Shown here one piece after another: positions 26,545 through 32,582 of a DNA stretch of 32,582 bases. The position numbers and the translations under genes are program-made. The first letter of the stretch is position 1; each line of letters starts with the position of its first letter. The notes beneath the pieces were generated by a model, which saw only the letters and a program-made list of their open reading frames with translations, was not told the DNA's origin and searched no databases. Origin of the DNA: an uncultured bacterium (lineage in GTDB: Bacteria > Zixibacteria > MSB-5A5 > UBA10806); the NCBI GenBank assembly GCA_965541585.1, contig CBEUCH010000025.1, forward strand, positions 1 through 32,582, given 5' to 3'.

Positions 26545-29107
26545 TATTATCACCGAATTTGTTCATTATCGCTTGATAACGCGGGTGATCGCGAAGGGAA
26601 TCCCACCTCGGGTCAATTCGCAACAGATGAATAGAAAACCAGGATGGAATTTCTAAAAGACACTCGATACATTCGAGGGCTTTATCATATTCCCCTATTA
26701 AAGTATATGAAAACGCCTGATCTTCAACGCGGAAAGGACCTATAACGGCGTTTTTCGATACGGGGATAATTTCAACGGCCTTTTTGCTGCTGGTGATAGC
26801 CTTATCCTTTTGCCCGAGTCCGGCATAGGCTATTCCCAGCGAGCTATAAACTCGATCATCATCCGGTCGCTTTTCCATCTCTATTTGCAAAAGTCCGAGA
26901 GCTGATTCGTATAATTCGCGAGAACGATTCGCATCGTTCATAAGCCGGTAAGTATGTGCCGCCAATTGATCTTTGGTGATATAGTACCACTGGCCCTCAT
27001 CGAAAACCGCATCGCCCTCATCTAATACTCTAAGTGCTTCATTATAATTTCTCGAAAAGAGCTCAAGTCGATATAATTCGAAAAGAATAGCGGCCGGTCG
27101 TTTTAATTTGCGGTCTATTCGTCTTGGCATAGCCTCCAATGTAGCTCGACCGCCTTGAATATCGCCGTTATGCAGCCAGTAATTCCAAGCCTTGCAGATG
27201 TAAACTAATGTTTGGTCGGGAGCTATCGATATGGAACGATCATAATAGTTATCCGCTTCCCTGTATTTTCTCATTATCATATAGGCGCATCCGATCTCGT
27301 GAGCCACTGAAGCGTCCCGCGGACTCAATTCAAACGCCTTCTTATAATTATCAACAGTTTCGTCGATCCTGCCCTGCCGCTTGATAATAGCGGCGACGAC
27401 GGCCAATATCCTGGTGTCGTTTGGCAAATCTCGTTCAGCAATAGCGAATTCTTTAAGCGCTTTTTCATAATCCTGATGGCACCAATGATGATAATAGCCT
27501 AAAGCCAGATGAACGTCAGGCAACGCGGGTTGCAGTTTATATGCTTGCTCGATCGCTTTCTTTGCTCTTAAGATGCGGTCATCCGTTCGATCATATCCGT
27601 GAAAAAATAAAGCCGAGTGAACCCTCGAAAGATCCGCGAAGGCCAACGCGAAATCGCCGTCAAGTTCAACCGCCCGTTCAAACATTTGAACAGCCAACCG
27701 GAAATCATCTTCGGCGTAATCCGGCCGCCCCGCGTACTCCAAACCACGGAGATAAGCTTGATAAGCGTCGAGATTAGACGTTGGCTTAGCTTCTACAATT
27801 CGACGTTCAGGTTCCAATAAAGCTATATTCAATTGTTCTATAACCCGCTCGGCAATTTCCGATTGAACATCGAAGATATCGTCCAATACACGATCATAAC
27901 GTTCGGACCAGAGATGTGTATCGTCAGAGACTCGGATGAGCTGAGGAGTGATACGTACGCGGCTATCACCAGGGCTCTTGCGATTCCAGCGTACGGTACC
28001 TTCAAGAACATAATCAACCCCCAGATCAGAGGCTATTTCTCTAATGCTCATCCTTTTTTTCTTATATTTCATCGCGCTTGTGCGGGATATGACGCCTAAT
28101 TTGCGGACCGCCGCTAATCGGCTGGTAATCTCCTCGGTCATACCATCCGCAAAATACTCTTCGTCGGGAGGCCCCAGGTTGTCAAAAGGCAAAACGACAA
28201 GCATTTTAAGCTCTTTAGAGAATTGGGAAGAGACTTTAGATTTTGATTGATGGTGTTTTAAATCCGCCAAGAGATCGACTGCGCTTTGATATCTTGAATT
28301 AATATCTTTTCTAAGCGCCTTTTGAATAATTCGATCAAGCTCCGCCGACACGTTAGCCTTAAACCTCGCCAGAGGTTCAGGATCCGAATTGAGGAGCGCA
28401 TGATTGACAGCAGCCTCGCTATCACCCCTGAATGGGGGGCGTCCTGCTACCATCTCGTATAAAATTACACCAAATGAAAAAAGGTCCGACCGTTGATCGA
28501 TATCCATTCCCTCGATTTGATCCGGTGACATATAGCCAATGGTTCCAAGAGTCGAACCGGCCATAGTAAGTTTCTCAGACCCTTGAATAGCCGCCAGACC
28601 AAAATCAAGTAGTCTAGGGCGACCATCGGCGTCTATTACTATATTTGACGGCTTAATGTCCCGATGTATGATCCCAGCCTGGTGCGCTTTGCCTAGTCCC
28701 TCACATATCCCGATGGCAATTTCGACAATCTTCGATATTGATAGCTCATCGTCTTTAATCACTTCTTTCAATGCCCTACCTTCAACATGCTCCATGGCAA
28801 AGTACGGGCGGCCGTTATAATCGCCGACCTCATAGATGGTCACGATATTGGGATGATTCAACCTGGCTACCGCTTGCGCCTCTCGCTTGAAACGCTTACG
28901 ACAATCCTCCTCTTGGCAAAGATGAGGTGGGAGGAATTTGAGGGCTACTTTGCGGTTGAGTTCGGTATCCTCGGCCAGATACACCTCCCCCATGCCACCG
29001 GCACCGATCTTCTCGATGATCTTATAATGAGAAATCATCGTCCCTTTGGATATAGGTACGTAAGATCGAGTGTTGTCCATCCCATTTTCACGGGGCTCAG
29101 ATACCAC
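26534..29107 (-). CDS. Ser/Thr protein kinase + TolB-N-like + TPR protein
   Basis: GAGGMGEVY, VALK, HRDIKPSN, DFGLA, YMSPDQ; LVVLPFDNL..ADGMTEEITSRL; TPRs; C-terminal DPRWDSLRDHPRYQ. Confidence 0.95.
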   Translation of the reverse strand: MVSEPRENGMDNTRSYVPISKGTMISHYKIIEKIGAGGMGEVYLAEDTELNRKVALKFLPPHLCQEEDCRKRFKREAQAVARLNHPNIVTIYEVGDYNGRPYFAMEHVEGRALKEVIKDDELSISKIVEIAIGICEGLGKAHQAGIIHRDIKPSNIVIDADGRPRLLDFGLAAIQGSEKLTMAGSTLGTIGYMSPDQIEGMDIDQRSDLFSFGVILYEMVAGRPPFRGDSEAAVNHALLNSDPEPLARFKANVSAELDRIIQKALRKDINSRYQSAVDLLADLKHHQSKSKVSSQFSKELKMLVVLPFDNLGPPDEEYFADGMTEEITSRLAAVRKLGVISRTSAMKYKKKRMSIREIASDLGVDYVLEGTVRWNRKSPGDSRVRITPQLIRVSDDTHLWSERYDRVLDDIFDVQSEIAERVIEQLNIALLEPERRIVEAKPTSNLDAYQAYLRGLEYAGRPDYAEDDFRLAVQMFERAVELDGDFALAFADLSRVHSALFFHGYDRTDDRILRAKKAIEQAYKLQPALPDVHLALGYYHHWCHQDYEKALKEFAIAERDLPNDTRILAVVAAIIKRQGRIDETVDNYKKAFELSPRDASVAHEIGCAYMIMRKYREADNYYDRSISIAPDQTLVYICKAWNYWLHNGDIQGGRATLEAMPRRIDRKLKRPAAILFELYRLELFSRNYNEALRVLDEGDAVFDEGQWYYITKDQLAAHTYRLMNDANRSRELYESALGLLQIEMEKRPDDDRVYSSLGIAYAGLGQKDKAITSSKKAVEIIPVSKNAVIGPFRVEDQAFSYTLIGEYDKALECIECLLEIPSWFSIHLLRIDPRWDSLRDHPRYQAIMNKFGDNNEA

Positions 29108-29163
29108 TACCGACTCTCCGTGACAATATCAGCCAATTGGAAAAAAGCCACATCTGCCTATCA

Positions 29164-29192
29164 ATAATAGAGGGCGATTAGCATATAATCAA
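29164..29192 (-). promoter_or_regulatory. Sigma70 promoter of the kinase pair
   Basis: TTGATT-N17-TATTAT, conserved in the duplicated copy at 23332..23360. Confidence 0.65.
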
Positions 29193-29702
29193 CGTTTATC
29201 TGAGATGCTGTTCCTTGCGCAAGGTCATCATGGTAATGTCATTGCTATGCAGGTCTCCTACCATGGTTCCGAGTAAATTTATAAAACAAAACTGGCGCAG
29301 GGACAAAAATCCCGATACGAGGATTATCATTCACTTGTTACAAAAACGAATTACATAATTTAATAGAAATTCACGTGCAAAATAACCTCTCAGAAAGTGA
29401 TAATCGTTAAGACGTATTCTTATAACCTATTATAAAACAACAGATTACAGGGGGGAGGTCGAACCTCCTCACCCCCATTGTCTCGCAACGAGTTACACGT
29501 ACTGTGCTGAAATCGTGCTGGAAATTTCCTCAGATTTGCCTAGATTTTATGCCGCTTGAACTTTGGGCGGGCATAAAGAAGGCGAAAATCCTAATCAAAC
29601 TTGGACTATTAAACGGGGAGCAGAACACTGGGATAAAGAGACAGGTTTATCTCGACAGGCTTAACCCCACAAAAAACCCGACCTGCTATACCGCGATATT
29701 TT

Positions 29703-30617
29703 CTACTCACGCCTGGTCAATTGCTCTTCCATCCCCCCGGTATCGCCGGTGTTCTCTTTCCCGGCCGCCCGAAGAGAAGGAAGATACCGGCTGAAGGAAT
29801 CCATACCGACAAGCATTATCTGATTTTCATAAAGAAACGTCGGAGAAGACGTAATCTTAAGTTCTCTTGTAAGGTCAAAATCTTTCCCCAATAAAGTCAA
29901 CCCCTCGTTAACATGCGTTGAAACGCTGTCGGCATCGATTCCCAATGCCTGGAAAGCCTCGTTGGTAGCCTTGCCCTCACGAAACAGCTTTTGATATTGC
30001 CGGAATTGATCCGGGTAATATTTCTGAATAACGATCTGCCGGATATCCTCTCTTATTCCACCGGGGCCGTACCGGGAATCAATTCCGTAATCACGAAAGA
30101 TCGTCATGTACCGGCAATGAACATCGAAGGCATCCGGCTGCTTTTCCAGGTATCCAGACAGTTGCCTCATAGCGTCATTGCCATGAGGGCAGTAACTCAT
30201 CAGAAAAAGATCGATCCGGTCGGGCGTACGCTCCCGGTTGAAGAACATAACGCCGCCCGGCATAACCACATCCTCGGGAATAATATATTCACCGTTCTTC
30301 CTGCCTATTATTCCGTCCCGCGCCAGCTCCAGAAATTTATCATTGGTCTCAATCTGTTTGTTGAATGTTACGTAGGGAACGAACTCTATCCCTAGCCGTT
30401 CGATCCATTTTTTGGCCTCCTTGGAACGGTAATCGATCTTTTCGCCCTTTACGTCGCCGATTACATTCCGGATGCCTTCCTCCAGCGCCAGGGCTGGGCC
30501 TTCAATTGCCTCCGATGTAATCATAATATACTCGATGGGCTTATCCCCGGCAAACAGTGGTGGAGTGATCCATGAAATCAACACCACTACAAGAATAAAT
30601 TCTACTAACCGTTTCAT
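29703..30617 (-). CDS. Secreted thioredoxin-fold (DsbA/GILT-like) protein
   Basis: Signal peptide; IDLFLMSYCPHG (SxC in place of CxxC); REDIRQIVIQKYYPDQF; cis-Pro loop ITSSPTF; AAGGAG RBS. Confidence 0.7.
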   Translation of the reverse strand: MKRLVEFILVVVLISWITPPLFAGDKPIEYIMITSEAIEGPALALEEGIRNVIGDVKGEKIDYRSKEAKKWIERLGIEFVPYVTFNKQIETNDKFLELARDGIIGRKNGEYIIPEDVVMPGGVMFFNRERTPDRIDLFLMSYCPHGNDAMRQLSGYLEKQPDAFDVHCRYMTIFRDYGIDSRYGPGGIREDIRQIVIQKYYPDQFRQYQKLFREGKATNEAFQALGIDADSVSTHVNEGLTLLGKDFDLTRELKITSSPTFLYENQIMLVGMDSFSRYLPSLRAAGKENTGDTGGMEEQLTRRE

Positions 30618-30784
30618 TAATCCTTACTCCTTTTCTTGTTTAGTTTCTCTCCCGCTTTACGGGATTCCTCGCAATGACGGTTTTTTCATTACATCTTACT
30701 CCTTTTCTTATCGGGTTTCTCTCGGGCTTCTGTCGGCTTGAAATCCAATCTACTTTGCCAATTAGCGGAGTGAGACAATAACCT

Positions 30785-30816
30785 TGCAGGATGGGCCTTA
30801 TTCTGCCCATCCTGCA
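30785..30816. terminator. Strong stem-loop downstream of the S74 gene (terminator or REP-like)
   Basis: TGCAGGATGGGC-cttattct-GCCCATCCTGCA, perfect 12-bp stem 10 bp after the stop at 30827. Confidence 0.6.
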
Positions 30817-30826
30817 TCTGCATTCC

Positions 30827-32582
30827 CTACTGTCCCTGTTGCACCGAGGCTGATCCAAGAGTCAAATTGCTCTGTTCCTCCAGCGCTGAAAGGCGGGCCT
30901 CTATCGATCTGACTATCCCCTGAAGCGTCTGGTTCTCCTGTTCGAGTTCCCCGACCCGGTTCTCCTGAGACTCACTTTCTTTTTTCAATCTCTCATTTTG
31001 CTCTGTCAGCGCGATGTTTTCTGTATTAAGCTGTTTAATCGCTTCAATCAAAAGGCCGGAAGTTTCACCATAGTTTATTCCATAATAACCGTCAGCAGGA
31101 TTCTTAAACACCAACTCAGGCATAACTTCCTTAACTTCCTGAGCGATCATTCCGGTCATTCTTCGCCGATTCTCTTTGTCGTTTTTCCAATTAAAGGTGA
31201 TACCGCGCAGCCTTAACACCTTGTCCAGGGCGTTCTCGATAGTGGTAACGTTTTTCTTTAGCCTTGAATCCGACGTAGCTGTCGTTAGAGTACCGTCTAC
31301 AGTTTGATTCACCGGCGCAGAATACGCACCTGCTGCAATTGATCGGATACGCGCGTTTCCATTCACATCCAAGGTTGTCGACGGACTCGCTGTATTGATG
31401 CCAACAGAACCGGTAGCAGTACCCTGGAGTATCAAATCACCCGTTCCTTTGGCGTCTATTCCGAAATCTATGTTTGCATCATCCCCGGTAGCGTCGAGTT
31501 GCGGGGCATTACCCGTAGCAGCATTGGTTATGGTCAGTTCATTCACAGCCGAACCCGTCTCGCTAAACTTTATCAGTTCAGCCGTTCCGTCCCCAATGGC
31601 ATTCCCGTTCACATCCATTTGCCCGCCTAATTGTATAGTTTTGTTAGTAAGAGTCTCTGTGCCTGCCAGCGTGGCTATGGTTCCGTTATAGTTAGGGACG
31701 GTCAGAGTCCTGGTAGTACTGGTGGTTATGCCGGAAGTCTCGATGGCCAGAATCTTGGTGGGATCGGCGTTATCGTAAACGGTGAAAGTGTTGTCTGCAA
31801 AATCACCGGCGTCCACATAGGCTTTGATGGACTGCTGTGTGGCCAGCTGGGTGGCGCTGTTGGAGGACATATTATCCTCATCCAGAACGGCGCTGCCCGA
31901 AACCGAGGTACCCAGGACTGGCGTATTAAGCGTCGGACTGGTGAGAGTCTTGTTGGTAAATGTCTCCGTTCCTGCAACTGTTGCTATGGTTCCGTCATAA
32001 TCAGGAACGCTCAGAGTCCTGGTATTGAGGGTGGTTATACCGGAGGTCTCGATGGCCAGAATCTTGGTATTGTCAACATTATCGTAAACTGTGAAAGTGT
32101 TGTCGGCAAAATCACCGGCCGCAGCCTGGTTATCCACGTAGGCTTTGATGGACTGCTGTGTGGCCAGCTGGGTGGCGCTGTTGGAGGACATATTATCCTC
32201 GTCCAGAACGGCGCTACCCGAGACTGAGGTACCCAGGACTGGCGTATTAAGCGTCGGACTGGTGAGTGTCTTGTTGGTAAAGGTCTCCGTTCCGGCAACT
32301 GTGGCTATGGTTCCGTCATAGTCGGGGACGCTCAGAGTTCTGGTATTGAGGGTGGTTATACCGGAGGTCTCGATGGCCAAAATCTTGGTGGCGTCGGCGT
32401 TATCATAAACGGTGAAAGTGTTGTCGGCAAAATCACCGGCCGCAGCCTGGTTATCCACGTAGGCCTTGATGGACTGCTGGGTGGCCAACTGCGTGGCGCT
32501 ATTGGAGGACATATTATCCTCATCTAGAACAGCGCTACCCGAGACCGAGGTACCCAGGACTGGCGTATTAAGCGTCGGACTG
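30827..32582 (-). CDS. 5'-truncated tail-fibre-like protein with 107-aa repeats and a C-terminal peptidase S74 chaperone
   Basis: Frame open to the window edge; VGINTASPSTTLDVNG; TATSDSRLKKNV..GITFNWK..GMIAQEVKEVMPELV..INYG..LLIEAIK followed by a coiled coil. Confidence 0.85.
   Translation of the reverse strand, partial: SPTLNTPVLGTSVSGSAVLDEDNMSSNSATQLATQQSIKAYVDNQAAAGDFADNTFTVYDNADATKILAIETSGITTLNTRTLSVPDYDGTIATVAGTETFTNKTLTSPTLNTPVLGTSVSGSAVLDEDNMSSNSATQLATQQSIKAYVDNQAAAGDFADNTFTVYDNVDNTKILAIETSGITTLNTRTLSVPDYDGTIATVAGTETFTNKTLTSPTLNTPVLGTSVSGSAVLDEDNMSSNSATQLATQQSIKAYVDAGDFADNTFTVYDNADPTKILAIETSGITTSTTRTLTVPNYNGTIATLAGTETLTNKTIQLGGQMDVNGNAIGDGTAELIKFSETGSAVNELTITNAATGNAPQLDATGDDANIDFGIDAKGTGDLILQGTATGSVGINTASPSTTLDVNGNARIRSIAAGAYSAPVNQTVDGTLTTATSDSRLKKNVTTIENALDKVLRLRGITFNWKNDKENRRRMTGMIAQEVKEVMPELVFKNPADGYYGINYGETSGLLIEAIKQLNTENIALTEQNERLKKESESQENRVGELEQENQTLQGIVRSIEARLSALEEQSNLTLGSASVQQGQ
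31640..32582 (-). repeat. Intragenic tandem repeat, 321-bp (107-aa) unit, about 3 visible copies
   Basis: aatcaccggc at 32431, 32110 and 31801 (spacings 321 and 309; the last unit lacks NQAA). Confidence 0.95.

Noticed and set aside
29504..29794. 96-aa plus-strand ORF
   Set aside because: No RBS or motif, and it overlaps the 3' end of the thioredoxin-fold gene on the opposite strand.
175..32298. Numerous short alternative-frame and antisense ORFs in the track (e.g. 175..756, 8250..8684, 13812..14246, 24790..25245, 31631..32227)
   Set aside because: They overlap well-supported genes and have no recognisable motifs; shadow ORFs.
1..32582. CRISPR array, IS element, rRNA or tRNA genes
   Set aside because: All repeats found are in-frame coding repeats or short leaders; no repeat-spacer pattern, transposase or RNA gene signature was recognised.

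Overview
Bacterial chromosomal window, about 50% GC. The gene style (FlgD/T9SS-like C-terminal domain, secreted S74 tail-fibre-like proteins, kinase-TolB-TPR paralogs) suggests an FCB-group organism such as Zixibacteria; this is an inference. Both ends fall inside tandem-repeat genes. In order: (1) 3' end of a repeat-rich secreted protein; (2) a minus-strand cluster of three secreted phage-tail-fibre-like mosaic proteins; (3) a CBS protein; (4) a plus-strand redox cluster with a GntR regulator, a Cyc2-like fused monoheme cytochrome-porin, a cupredoxin, a Rieske protein, a 2x[4Fe-4S] ferredoxin, a split cytochrome b6/subunit IV, an octaheme cytochrome c, a monoheme cytochrome c and a lipoprotein; (5) an M61 peptidase behind a truncated kinase remnant, then a STAS anti-anti-sigma factor; (6) two tandem Ser/Thr kinase-TPR genes; (7) a thioredoxin-fold protein and another repeat-rich S74 protein. 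Top finding: the downstream kinase has an in-frame UGA in a C-T-P-UGA (CxxU) motif. It is followed by a SECIS-like hairpin with a GGUC loop and about 70 further codons homologous to the paralog's C-terminus, making it a candidate selenocysteine-containing, redox-sensing protein kinase. Second: the redox cluster could form a complete outer-membrane-to-quinone/ferredoxin electron conduit.
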